A stretch of DNA of 64,000 nt, from contig OZ245046.1 of the NCBI GenBank assembly GCA_965224245.1, forward strand, positions 4,192,001 through 4,256,000. The letters are read 5' to 3'. Each line of letters begins with the position of its first letter. Positions within the stretch are counted from its first letter, which is position 1. The stretch is from Candidatus Eiseniibacteriota bacterium (GTDB lineage: Bacteria > Eisenbacteria > RBG-16-71-46 > CAZAMP01). Of this stretch, positions 18,843-28,589 are shown piece by piece. The notes under the pieces were generated by a model that saw only the letters and a program-made list of their open reading frames with translations, was not told where the DNA came from and searched no databases. Position numbers and translations under genes: made by a program.

Positions 18843-21473
18843 TCAAGGCCACCGCGTCACCCGGATCGTCTTTCCCCCACCCGCGCCGGCGGCCCTGGCG
18901 AAGTAGACCCCCCCGGCGGCCGCGTGTCCGTGGCGATCCCGGCCGTCCCAGGTCGCGGTGTGCACGCCGGGGCCCCGCACGCCCGCGTCGACCGAGGCGA
19001 TCCGGCGTCCTCGAACGTCGTACACGTCGAGCGTGACCGCGGTGGGCACCGTGACCCGGTAGCGGAGCTCGACCCGCCCACCCCCTGCCGCGCGCGCGAC
19101 GAGCTCGCCGATCGGATGGTCGGTCGGGCCGGGCGGTCCGCCACGCGTCGAGAGCGGCGCCCCGCTCGCGGCGCCTCCGGCGTGCCCGCGCCATGGATCC
19201 GACTCGGTCGGAGGCTCGTACCGGGCGATCCGCTCTGCGGTCACCGCCCCTCGCGCCGCGGATCGGAAGCTCCCGCCGGCGAACACGTAATCTCCGAGCG
19301 GAGCCAGCGCGTAGACGTTCGAGTCCAGCCCGCAGGCCGCGTCCTGCCAGATCGCGCCGTTCCAGCGGGCGACGTTTCGCACGACGCCGCCGCCGGCGCG
19401 TTCGAAGAGCCCCGCCGCGTACAGCATGTCCTGATGCACGATCAGGGTCTGGACGATGCTCAGCCCCGGAATCCCCGAGCCGAGCGGGCGCCAGCGGGTG
19501 CCGTCCCACCGTGCGATCCGCCCCATGCTCTCGGACCCCGAGCGGTTGAAGAGCCCACCGGCATGGAGCTCGCCGCGGTACACGGCCAGCGCCTCCACCG
19601 GGCCGTTGAACCCCGCGCCCATCGGCGACCAGGCGACCCCGTCCCAGCGCGCGATGCCCTTCGCGTTGACCCCGGCCGACGAGAACTGACCGCCCGCGAT
19701 CAGCATCCCGTCGAACTCGATCAGGGCCAGGACGACGTCGTTCATGCCCGGACCGATCGGATGCCACGCCGAGCCGTCCCAGCGCGCGATGCGGTCGAGC
19801 GACGCCTGGCCGGAGGATCGGAACCGCCCGCCGGCGATCAGGTCGCCGCCGACCACGGCCAGCGTGTAGACCGCGTCGTCGACCCCCACCCCGAGGCCCT
19901 GCCAGCTCAAGCCGGACCACCTGGCGACACGGCGCCGGATGGCGCCGCCGGAGACGTTGAACGTGCCGCCCGCGTAGAGCGCATCCCCGTCGGACGCGAG
20001 CGCCAGGACGGGCCCGTCGAATCCGGAGCCGAGGGGCTCCCAGGCGGCGCCGCTCCAGCGGCCCACGCGCGAGAGCGGCGCGCTCCCGGACCGGGTGAAC
20101 TCGCCGCCGGCGACGAGCGCTCCCTGGTGCACGACGAGCGCGCGCACGGGCCCCGACAGCCCGTGTCCGCCGCCCACTGGCGACCACCGCGTGCCGTCGG
20201 TCTCCACGACGCCCGCGGCGGGCAGCCCTCCGACGCTCGTGAGTGTGCCGCCCATCCAGACCGTGCCCGCAAAGTGATCGCGCGAGAGCGCATGGACGTC
20301 GCCGATCGGCTCGGGTCCGATCGGCCGCCACTGCTCGTTCTCCCAGGCCACGACGTTCGTGGCGAAGACGAGCCCGGCCTGGGTAAAGGCGCCCCCGACG
20401 ACGAGGCGGGAGCCGAGCGTCTCGAGCGCCCGGACCGGACCGTTCACGCCCGCGCCGAGACGCCGCCAACCCGACGGCGTCCAGCGCGCGACGTTCGGCA
20501 CGCCGAGCCCACCCGCGCGCGTGAATCGTCCACCGACGACGAGGTCGTCTGCGACCGTCGCGAACGCGTAGACGGCGGCGAGCCCGTTCGTGTGGGTGAG
20601 CCCGGCGTCCACGCTGGTCCACCGAGTGCCGTCCCATCTCGCGATGGACGGACTCTCGATCCCGCCCATCGTCGTGAAGTCCCCGCCGGCGTAGAGCGCG
20701 GGACCGGTGCCGTCGTCGTGGACGATCAGCGCGCGCACGACGCCGGGCGTGCCCTCGCCGAGCGGCGCCCAGCCGGCGCCGTCCCAGCGAGCGATGCCTG
20801 CGGCAGGCACGCCGCCGGCGGAGGTGAACGCACCGCCCGCGATCAGCTCCACCCCGCCGGGGTCCACGAACTCGGCGACCGCGTGAACCGGCCCGTTCGT
20901 GCCCCCCCCGAGGTCCCGCCATCCCTCGCTCTGCGTCCAGCTCGCGATATGCCCGACCGGAATGTCGCCGGCATGCTCGAACGCCCCGGCGAACACGTTC
21001 GTCACCGTGCGCGCGATCGCGAACACGGGACCGTCGGTTCCGGCCCCCATCGACGCCCAGCCGGTCTCGGTCCACCGGCACACGTTGTGTGCCTCGACGT
21101 GTCCCGCGCGCCGGAAGTCGCCGCCGGCGAACTCGCCCCCACGAACTGCGTACACGACGCCGTCGATGCCGGGCGTGTCGAAACCCCGCCACCAGTCGTC
21201 GGCGGTGCAGCTCTCCTTCGCCGCCACCCCCGCCACATCGCCGGCCAGCACGAGAACGGCGATCGTGGCGATCGTCGTCGCGACGCGCCCAGGTGCCACG
21301 AGCCCGGCGAGGCCCCGCGGCCGCGTCGGGTGACCGCGAGCCCCGGCGTGATCGTCATGGTGGGGTGATGAGATGCGGGATCGTGAATCTGCGGGCGTAC
21401 GTGTGCCGATGCGCGCACAGGTGATGCGAAACGCCAAATGGCCCCCCGGCGTTCGAGTCCCCGTCGTGTGCAT
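18843..21473 (-). CDS. Secreted beta-propeller repeat protein with FlgD-Ig/CTD tail (start uncertain, 21299-21473)
   Basis: About a dozen ~48-aa repeats: L.AGG.F..AG....IARWDG..W..LG.G.NG.V.AL; tail YDVRGRRI...WDGRDRHGHAAAGGVYFAR. Confidence 0.8.
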   Translation of the reverse strand: MHTTGTRTPGGHLAFRITCARIGTRTPADSRSRISSPHHDDHAGARGHPTRPRGLAGLVAPGRVATTIATIAVLVLAGDVAGVAAKESCTADDWWRGFDTPGIDGVVYAVRGGEFAGGDFRRAGHVEAHNVCRWTETGWASMGAGTDGPVFAIARTVTNVFAGAFEHAGDIPVGHIASWTQSEGWRDLGGGTNGPVHAVAEFVDPGGVELIAGGAFTSAGGVPAAGIARWDGAGWAPLGEGTPGVVRALIVHDDGTGPALYAGGDFTTMGGIESPSIARWDGTRWTSVDAGLTHTNGLAAVYAFATVADDLVVGGRFTRAGGLGVPNVARWTPSGWRRLGAGVNGPVRALETLGSRLVVGGAFTQAGLVFATNVVAWENEQWRPIGPEPIGDVHALSRDHFAGTVWMGGTLTSVGGLPAAGVVETDGTRWSPVGGGHGLSGPVRALVVHQGALVAGGEFTRSGSAPLSRVGRWSGAAWEPLGSGFDGPVLALASDGDALYAGGTFNVSGGAIRRRVARWSGLSWQGLGVGVDDAVYTLAVVGGDLIAGGRFRSSGQASLDRIARWDGSAWHPIGPGMNDVVLALIEFDGMLIAGGQFSSAGVNAKGIARWDGVAWSPMGAGFNGPVEALAVYRGELHAGGLFNRSGSESMGRIARWDGTRWRPLGSGIPGLSIVQTLIVHQDMLYAAGLFERAGGGVVRNVARWNGAIWQDAACGLDSNVYALAPLGDYVFAGGSFRSAARGAVTAERIARYEPPTESDPWRGHAGGAASGAPLSTRGGPPGPTDHPIGELVARAAGGGRVELRYRVTVPTAVTLDVYDVRGRRIASVDAGVRGPGVHTATWDGRDRHGHAAAGGVYFARAAGAGGGKTIRVTRWP

Positions 21474-21731
21474 TGTCGATCGATTTCGGGCAGCGTCTCG
21501 AGGATGCGAGGTCGGTGGCTGTCGCGCTGCGATCCAGAGACCCACAGTATAACCGCCGGCTCGGGGACGCGACCGCCGGAAACCGCCGGTGAGCCGCGAG
21601 CTCCGAGCGCGAAGATGGGCCCTTCCCGAGCCTCGGGCCTGATAGGGTACGCGCTCTCGCGAGCTCCGGACCGCGACCACGGATCTCCGGATGTGTCCGG
21701 TTCCTCGACGGAGGGGAGCGCTCTCGTAGAC

Positions 21732-23102
21732 GTGTCGACTCCAGCTCAACCGGTGCCGGGCTACCGGATGCTGCTCGCGCTGGCCCTGCCGGCTCTCGGT
21801 ACGCTGATCGCCGAGCCCGCGATGGGCCTCGTGGACACCGCGCTCGTCGGGCGCCTGGGTCCCGGCCCCCTGGCCGCGCTCGGCGGCGCGGCCGCGACGC
21901 TGGGCCTCGTCGCATCGCTGCTGGTCTTCCTCGAGTACGGCACGACGGTCCGGGTCGCGCGATGCGTCGGCCGGCGCGATCCGGCCGCGCTGGTCACCGA
22001 GGTGTGTCAGGTCGGATGGCTCGCCACCGCGATCGGGCTCGTGCTGTCGATCGTGCTGGTCGCGTTCCCCCGGGACGTGCTCCGGCTCGTGGATCTCCCG
22101 CCCGACCTCGTCCCGCTCGCCGAACGCTACCTGGCGATCCGAGGGCTCGGGTTCGTCCCGTCGCTGTGGGTCCGTGCCGGCAACGGGGTCTTTCGCGGCC
22201 TCGAGGACACCCGCACGCCGCTCTGGATCACGATCGGCCTCAACGCCGTCAACGCGGCACTCGATGTGGTGCTGATCTTCGGCTGGGCCCGGCTCGGGAT
22301 CCCGGGGTGGGGCATCGCCGGCGCGGCCTGGGCGGCCACCATCGCGACCTGGGCGGGTGGGGTGACGTTCTCGATCCTGACCGTGCGGCGCCTCGGCTCA
22401 CTCGTCCCGGGCGGCCTCGTGGACTGGCGCCCCCGCGCGAGGGAGCTACGCGAGCTCCTCGGGGTCAGCCGCGACCTCGTGCTGCGCACGGCGTCGCTGA
22501 TGACGGCGCTGTTCGTGGCGACGCGTCTGGCCGCCGGGCTGGGCACGGCCCCTCTGGCCGCCCATCACGTGGGATGGCAGCTCTGGATCTTCGTCGCGCT
22601 GGTGCTCGACAGCATGGCGATCGCCGGGCAAGCGGTCGTGGGACGCCTGACCGGCTCGGGCGACGTCGATCTGGCGCGAGAGGCCGGCGATCGACTGTGC
22701 CGCATGGGGGGCGTGGTCGGCGTCATCATGACGCTCGCGTTTCTCGGGGTCGGTCACGACCTCGCGCGCCTCTTCACCAACGACCCCGCCGTTCTGGACC
22801 AGATCGCCGGTATCTATATCCTGATCGCCTGGATGCAGATCCCGAACGCGGTCTTGTTCGCGATAGACGGGCTCCTGATCGGCGCCGGGGATCTCCGCTT
22901 CGTGCGAAACGCGATGGTGGGGCTCGGCGCGATCGGTGTCGTCGCCGTCCTGGCCGCCGTCCACGTCCGGCCCACGCTGGCGGCGTTGTGGATCGGAACC
23001 GCAGTCTACATGCTGGCCCGGCTGGCCGTGATGGGGCATCGGTGGTTCACGAACGCCTGGGCGCCGCGTTCCGGGCACGCGCCTCCGCCGACGAGCGCCT
23101 GA
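21732..23102 (+). CDS. MATE family efflux transporter (DinF-like)
   Basis: ALPALGTLIAEP.MGLVDTALVGRLG, GVFRGLEDTRTP, GIAGAAWAT, LAAHHV; GGAGG upstream of GTG 21732. Confidence 0.93.
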   Translation: MSTPAQPVPGYRMLLALALPALGTLIAEPAMGLVDTALVGRLGPGPLAALGGAAATLGLVASLLVFLEYGTTVRVARCVGRRDPAALVTEVCQVGWLATAIGLVLSIVLVAFPRDVLRLVDLPPDLVPLAERYLAIRGLGFVPSLWVRAGNGVFRGLEDTRTPLWITIGLNAVNAALDVVLIFGWARLGIPGWGIAGAAWAATIATWAGGVTFSILTVRRLGSLVPGGLVDWRPRARELRELLGVSRDLVLRTASLMTALFVATRLAAGLGTAPLAAHHVGWQLWIFVALVLDSMAIAGQAVVGRLTGSGDVDLAREAGDRLCRMGGVVGVIMTLAFLGVGHDLARLFTNDPAVLDQIAGIYILIAWMQIPNAVLFAIDGLLIGAGDLRFVRNAMVGLGAIGVVAVLAAVHVRPTLAALWIGTAVYMLARLAVMGHRWFTNAWAPRSGHAPPPTSA

Positions 23103-23116
23103 CGCCTACCCGCTCG

Positions 23117-23848
23117 TCACTCGCCGACGGCTAGGCGCATCGCAAGCAGCTCGGGCAGATCCAGCGCGCGCATCGCGTCCATCACGTTGCTCACGTCATA
23201 GGCCACGCGATGCACGGCGAACGTGCGCGCATCGGTGTCGAGGATCGCGCACGCGGACTCCGGCACGCCGTCGCGGGGCTGTCCCACGCTGCCCGGGTTC
23301 ACGAGCACGCGGGCGCCCGAGGCGAACCGCGCCGCTCGCGAGATCGGGAAGTCGTGGTCGCGAGTCGCCTTCCCGCGCTTCGAGACGTGCAGGAGCGGCG
23401 AGTGGGTATGACCGACGGCCACGAGCGGCGTGTCGGCCTCGGACAGGGCCACCTCGGCGTCCTCGCCGGTGATGACGTAGCAGTGCGTGTCGGCCGGAGA
23501 GCCGTGTGCGCACGTGACGTCCCCGACCACGAGCGTGCGCGGCAGCCGCTCGAGAAAGCTCGTAGCCCGGGCCGAGAGCTGCTCGCGCGTCCAGACGACC
23601 GCCTGGTGCGCGATGGCGTTGAAGTGCTCGAGGCCCTCGCCGTTGACGACCGCGACGTCGTGGTTGCCCAGGACACAGCGGATGTCGTGCTTGCGGATCA
23701 GCGACACGCAGCCGGCGGGGTCGGGCCCGTAGCCCACGACGTCCCCGAGACAGACGACCTCGTCGGGCGACTCCGAGGCCAGCCGTTCCAGACACGCCTC
23801 GAGCGCCAGGCGGTTTCCGTGAATGTCGGAGATGAGACCCAGTCGCAT
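23117..23848 (-). CDS. Metallophosphoesterase (calcineurin-like)
   Basis: SDIHGN, CLGDVVGYG, GNHD, HGSP, GHTH, NPGSVGQPRDG. Confidence 0.92.
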   Translation of the reverse strand: MRLGLISDIHGNRLALEACLERLASESPDEVVCLGDVVGYGPDPAGCVSLIRKHDIRCVLGNHDVAVVNGEGLEHFNAIAHQAVVWTREQLSARATSFLERLPRTLVVGDVTCAHGSPADTHCYVITGEDAEVALSEADTPLVAVGHTHSPLLHVSKRGKATRDHDFPISRAARFASGARVLVNPGSVGQPRDGVPESACAILDTDARTFAVHRVAYDVSNVMDAMRALDLPELLAMRLAVGE

Positions 23849-24105
23849 CGGTGCCCCCAAGTCGAACGCGGCCCGCTCCGGATCCCGGAGCGGCTCGGAG
23901 TCTCTATCGACCACCGGCCGCGGTTCGTGACGGGATTAGACCCCGAGGATCGATCTCCGGGCACGAACATGCAGTATTTTTGATATATCGCTTCGGGCAT
24001 GTGATGTGGCCTGGCGGCGTTCGGCCGTGCCGGTGTGTGGCGTTCGTGGTGGTCGGCGATGTGTTCGCGAGCGCGGTCGCGGAGCCGGACCGCGTCCAGC
24101 ACTCA

Positions 24106-25833
24106 TCACCGGACGTGCGTGTCGTCCCGGCGCGCCCGCTCCGCCCGTTCGGGCCCCGATCCGTTCGAGGCGTCCGGGGCCCCGGGATGCTCCGGCGACT
24201 CCGCGCTCTCACCCGGTGCCGCGGCCCGGAGGCCGGTGGGCACGCGCAGGGTGACACGCGTCCCGACGCCGGCGCGGCTGGTGATCGCGAGGTCGCCGCC
24301 CATCGCGCGCATGGCCCGACGCGCCCGGTACAGCGAGAGCCCGAGGCTCTGCCCGGTGCGCCAGCCCGTCGAGTACGGGTGAAAGAGCTCGTGCTGCCGG
24401 AAGCCGGCCGACATTCCGATGCCGGTGTCGATGATGCGCACGCGCACGGCATCTCCGACGACGTCGGCCTCCACCTTCAGGAGGCCCCCGTCGGGCATCG
24501 CACGGAGCGAGTTGTCGACGATGCCCATCAGCACCGTCCGGAGCGCGTTCGACGGAGCGATCAGCACCGGCAGTGCCGGCGGGAGCACCTCGCGAACGTC
24601 GAGACCCTCCCGATCGCGCGCGCCGAGCGCGTCGAGCACCTCCCCCACGAGCGCGCGCAGATCGACGGACGCGGAGGACTCGGCGCTGGCGCCGACGCCG
24701 TCGTCGGGGAGCGATTCGGCCAGGCGCTCGAGCCGCCGCGAGAGCTTCTGGGTCACTGTGCTCGCCCCTCTCAGCACGGCGCGCGGCGTGGAGTCGCCGG
24801 CGAGGTTCCGTGACAGGCTCTCGAGGGTCTCGCGGGCGGCCTCGAGCTCACCGACGATTCTCCCCCGGAGCCGGGCGACCACGGTGTGGCGGTCCACGAC
24901 GCGCTCCTCGCGGCGGCGCTGATCGAGCCGCGTGACCATCTCGTTGAAGGCGCGCCCCAGCCTGCCGAGGCGATCCTCGCCCCACAGCGCGACGCGATGC
25001 TCGAGATTGCCCCGCGTGACCTCGCGTACGGCCGCCTCGATCGCGGTGACCCCGTCGTCCAGACGCTGAAACACGAACGTCAACAGCGCGGCGATCGCGA
25101 GCGCGGCGGCGCCGAGCAAGATCCACAGTGCAGGAGAGGGCGGCGTCCGTGAGGCCTCGCCGCTCAGGCGGACCTCGAGGCTCAGGAGCCCGCTGGACCC
25201 GACGGGAACGACGCGCGCCGAGTTCGGATCGACCGGTGCCGACGACCTCGCCGCCGGTCGCACCTGGAGCACGAACGAGTGATCGCCGACGCTGGACACG
25301 GCCGCCCCGCGCACCCACGCCAGCGGGACCTCGGCCTCCACGATGCGTGGCGGGTCGCGACGCACGCGCGCCCGGTAGACGATGGCGCGCTCGGAGACGT
25401 CGGCCGTCAGCACGGCGGCCGAATCGGCGGCCGGGCGTCCCGCGCCGGCGTCGACGTGCGTCGGCGCCCCCGGAACCAGTATGACGGTGGTATCGCGCTC
25501 GCCGTCGACGGCGCGGACGTGCCACGGAACGCGCTCGGCCCCGAGCGTGATGCGCACGGGGTCATCGGCACGCGCATCGGATGCGAACAGCGCCGCCCAG
25601 CGTGCCTCATCGTCGGCCGTGAGCAATCGCGCGGCCGAACCGAGCGCCGTCTCGACGCGTTCCAGGCGCTCGGCGGCCAGCTCGGCGCCCTGCATCGCCA
25701 CCATGCCCATCAGCGCGCGATCGTGACGCCGTTCGAGGTCGTGCTGGGCGCGCGTCGCGACCAGCAGCACCGCGGCCAGCGGCACCAGCACACCCACGAC
25801 GTAGAGTGCGATCAGGAACGAGCGGCGCGGCAT
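24106..25833 (-). CDS. Membrane sensor with HAMP and HATPase domains; degenerate histidine kinase lacking the H-box His
   Basis: Two TM segments; HAMP (EDRLGRLGRAFNEM); IDTGIGMS, LFHPY, LGLSLY, MGGDL..SRAGVGT; H-box region reads GRIVGELE. Confidence 0.75.
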   Translation of the reverse strand: MPRRSFLIALYVVGVLVPLAAVLLVATRAQHDLERRHDRALMGMVAMQGAELAAERLERVETALGSAARLLTADDEARWAALFASDARADDPVRITLGAERVPWHVRAVDGERDTTVILVPGAPTHVDAGAGRPAADSAAVLTADVSERAIVYRARVRRDPPRIVEAEVPLAWVRGAAVSSVGDHSFVLQVRPAARSSAPVDPNSARVVPVGSSGLLSLEVRLSGEASRTPPSPALWILLGAAALAIAALLTFVFQRLDDGVTAIEAAVREVTRGNLEHRVALWGEDRLGRLGRAFNEMVTRLDQRRREERVVDRHTVVARLRGRIVGELEAARETLESLSRNLAGDSTPRAVLRGASTVTQKLSRRLERLAESLPDDGVGASAESSASVDLRALVGEVLDALGARDREGLDVREVLPPALPVLIAPSNALRTVLMGIVDNSLRAMPDGGLLKVEADVVGDAVRVRIIDTGIGMSAGFRQHELFHPYSTGWRTGQSLGLSLYRARRAMRAMGGDLAITSRAGVGTRVTLRVPTGLRAAAPGESAESPEHPGAPDASNGSGPERAERARRDDTHVR

Positions 25834-26135
25834 CGGCGCTTACCCCGGCTTCGGCGAGATCCGTCGGTGACGAGTTGGCGGCGGCGCGCGTCGCGGACGT
25901 GTCGCGGGGGGTCGCGGCCGCACCCTATGATACCCGGCCTCGCGCGGTCCGACCAATCGTGGTGCCCGCAGGCACGTGAGCGCGGCACGTCCGGGAACCC
26001 GGCCCGGTCGAGCCCTGTCATGTCGGGGCAACCCCGGGGCCTTTTTACCGTTCGTTGGCTTGTGCCGGGGTCGCGACCGTTCGTATCCTGCTGCCCCCGG
26101 CTCAGGGTTTCCAGTCAACCAGCGAAAGCCACGTC

Positions 26136-27206
26136 ATGCCCGACGATCCCCGACAGCACGAGGCCGACCCGAGACGACCGCCGCTGACGCAGGCCGTCTC
26201 GGGCGCCGGCTGAGCGTCCAAACTCGGGCCAGGGGTCCTGGCCCAGGCGCTTTGCGGGCTGGATCTCGTCCATGATCCGAACGTGCTCGTGGGGCTCGAC
26301 CGCCCCGACGACGCCGGCGTGTACCGTCTGTCGGACGACGTCGCGCTCGTGGTCACGGTCGACTTCTTCACGCCGATCGTGGACGACCCGGCCACCTTCG
26401 GCCGCATCGCGGCCACGAACGCCCTTTCGGACGTGTACGCGATGGGCGGCCGGCCGATCTCCGCGCTGAACGTCGTGTGCTTTCCCTCGAAGACCCTCGA
26501 TCCGGGCGTTCTGCACGAGATCCTCGCCGGAGGGCTCGTGGCCCTGTCCGAGGCCGGCTGCCCGCTCGTCGGCGGCCACAGCGTCGACGACCCCGAGCTG
26601 AAGTACGGGCTCTCGGTCACCGGAGTCGTGCACCCCGATCGTGTGCTCGCGAGCTCGGGCGGCCGGGACGGCGACGCGCTCGTCCTGACCAAGCCCCTCG
26701 GCGCCGGCCTCGTCTCCACCGCCGAGAAGCGGCGCCGCGCGCCGCGCGAGTCGTCCGAGGCCTGCATCGCGATGATGACCACCCTCAACCGCGACGCGGC
26801 CGAGCGGATGCTCGAGCACGACGCCCGCGCGTGCACCGACGTCACGGGCTTCGGCTTCCTCGGGCATGCGTACGAGATGATCGAGGGCTCCTCGCTCGAC
26901 CTTCACGTCGACACGGCATCGGTGCCGCTGTTGCCGCACGCGCTGGAGCTGGCCGAGGCGGGCATGCTCTGCGGCGGTCTCGGCCGCAACCAGATGCACT
27001 ACGGCCCGAACGTGGACTTCGCCGACGGTGTGTCGAGCGCCTGGCGCTCGGCCCTGTTCGATCCGCAGACGTCCGGCGGCCTCCTGATCGCGCTTCCCGA
27101 CAGCGAGGCCGACGCGCTCGTGGCCGATCTGGCCGCGCGCGGACACCGGGACACCGCCCGCGTCGGCCACGTCCGGGCCGGGTCGGGTCGCATCCACGTC
27201 CGCTGA
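26136..27206 (+). CDS. selD: Selenophosphate synthetase, selenoprotein form (in-frame TGA 26211-26213 = Sec)
   Basis: ATG 26136 reads ...LTQAVSGAG-U-ASKLGPG... in frame with DDAGVY, TVDFFTPIVDD, ATNALSDVYAMGG, GGHSVDD, TDVTGFG, DPQTSGGLL. Confidence 0.93.
26214..26250 (+). promoter_or_regulatory. Putative bacterial SECIS element
   Basis: Upper stem GGGCCAGG(26226-33)/CCTGGCCC(26237-44) with G-starting loop about 20 nt after the UGA; lower stem GCGTC/GGCGC. Confidence 0.7.
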
Positions 27207-27213
27207 GCCGCCG

Positions 27214-27930
27214 ATGTCGACGACGTTTCCGATGACGAAGAGCCTCGCCACGAATCTCGTGGCGGCGGCGATCCTCGGCGCCGGCCTGGTGTCGCCGGTT
27301 CTCTCGCGCGAGCTCTTCAACGTGGGCATCTTCGCGCTGTCGGGGGCGATCACGAACTGGATCGCGATCCACATGCTCTTCGAGAAGGTGCCGCTCCTGT
27401 ACGGATCGGGCGTGATCCCCACCCGGTTCGAGGAGTTCAAGGCCGGCATTCACGATCTCGTCATGACGCAGTTCTTCACGATCGAGAACCTCAGGCGGTT
27501 TCTCGGCTCCGAGCACGCGCGGATCGATCCCGAGCCGATCGCCGAGGCGGTGGATCTGGACGAGGTCTTCGCGGGGCTCGTGGACGTGATCAAGCAGTCG
27601 TCGTTCGGGGGCATGCTCGCGCTCGTGGGCGGCGAGAAGGGTCTCGAGCCGTTGAAGGCGCCGTTCGCGGAGCGCATGCGCTCACTGATCGTCGTGACCG
27701 TGGAGTCGGAGCAGTTCCAGGACGCGTGGCGCGAGCAGCTCGTGAGCGGTCACGACGGCGGTCTCCTGCTCCAGGTCGACGCCATCGTCACGCAGCGTCT
27801 CGACGAGCTGACCCCGGGGATGGTGAAGGAGATCGTCCAGGAGATGATCCGGCGCCATCTCGGATGGCTCGTGGTCTGGGGCGGGGTCTTCGGAGGACTG
27901 ATCGGGCTCCTGGCCAGCGGCTGGCGCTAG
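27214..27930 (+). CDS. DUF445-family membrane protein
   Basis: FALSGAITNWIAIHMLFEKVP.LYGSGVIP; HLGWLVVWGGVFGGLIG. Confidence 0.85.
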   Translation: MSTTFPMTKSLATNLVAAAILGAGLVSPVLSRELFNVGIFALSGAITNWIAIHMLFEKVPLLYGSGVIPTRFEEFKAGIHDLVMTQFFTIENLRRFLGSEHARIDPEPIAEAVDLDEVFAGLVDVIKQSSFGGMLALVGGEKGLEPLKAPFAERMRSLIVVTVESEQFQDAWREQLVSGHDGGLLLQVDAIVTQRLDELTPGMVKEIVQEMIRRHLGWLVVWGGVFGGLIGLLASGWR

Positions 27931-27939
27931 CGTCCCGCG

Positions 27940-28395
27940 CTAGCCCCCTCGCGACGCGCGCTCGACGATCTCGGCCCGCTTCAATTCGCGCAGGAGTCCG
28001 ACGAACCGATCCGCGCGCACCGAGTCCCCGGCGGCGAACGCGTCGGCGGCGCCGGCGGCGAGCGCCCGCACGAGACGCTCGCGAACGATCGGCGCGAGCT
28101 CGAGCGTGATCCACTCCGACTGCCACAGCTCGATCAGCGGCTCGGCGGCCGCGATCGCGTTTCCCTGATCGAAGGCGGCGTCGGAGGCGGCGAGGGTCCG
28201 CGCCACCGCTCGGGGGAGCCCGGCGGCACCGGCTGGGAGCGCCTCGGTTTCAGCGGCGTCCGGTGACCGGTCGCGGTCCGAGCGCAGGGCGGGCACGCCG
28301 ACGTACAGGATGCCCGACAGCACGAGGAGCGCTCCGATCAGGAGGAGCGCCGGCCCGGCCTGGGGTGATCGGGGGCGTCCCATCACGAGGTCCAC
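27940..28395 (-). CDS. Hypothetical membrane-anchored protein
   Basis: N-terminal TM helix followed by helical domain; fills the gap between flanking genes. Confidence 0.55.
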   Translation of the reverse strand: MDLVMGRPRSPQAGPALLLIGALLVLSGILYVGVPALRSDRDRSPDAAETEALPAGAAGLPRAVARTLAASDAAFDQGNAIAAAEPLIELWQSEWITLELAPIVRERLVRALAAGAADAFAAGDSVRADRFVGLLRELKRAEIVERASRGG

Positions 28396-28589
28396 TCCAG
28401 GGTCACACGATCCTCCCCGCTTCGTGGCCCGACCCGACCGCCACGCCCGCCGCCCGGGGCGGGCTCCCCACGACCCCGCGGATGGACGCGTTTGCCCACC
28501 CCCGAGCGCGTGAGATACGATCGTCCATCTGGCTCCTCGACCGAGCCCTGATCCCAGCCCGTCTCTCGCGCCGGAGGATCCCGCTCGAC

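Noticed and set aside
18843-21200. Regularly spaced similar sequences resembling a CRISPR or DNA repeat array
   Set aside because: Degenerate protein-level propeller repeats; no identical direct repeats with spacers and no cas genes
25840-26135. Possible riboswitch or attenuator upstream of selD (GC hairpins, T5 run at about 26042)
   Set aside because: No recognisable aptamer consensus; pairings are explicable by GC content
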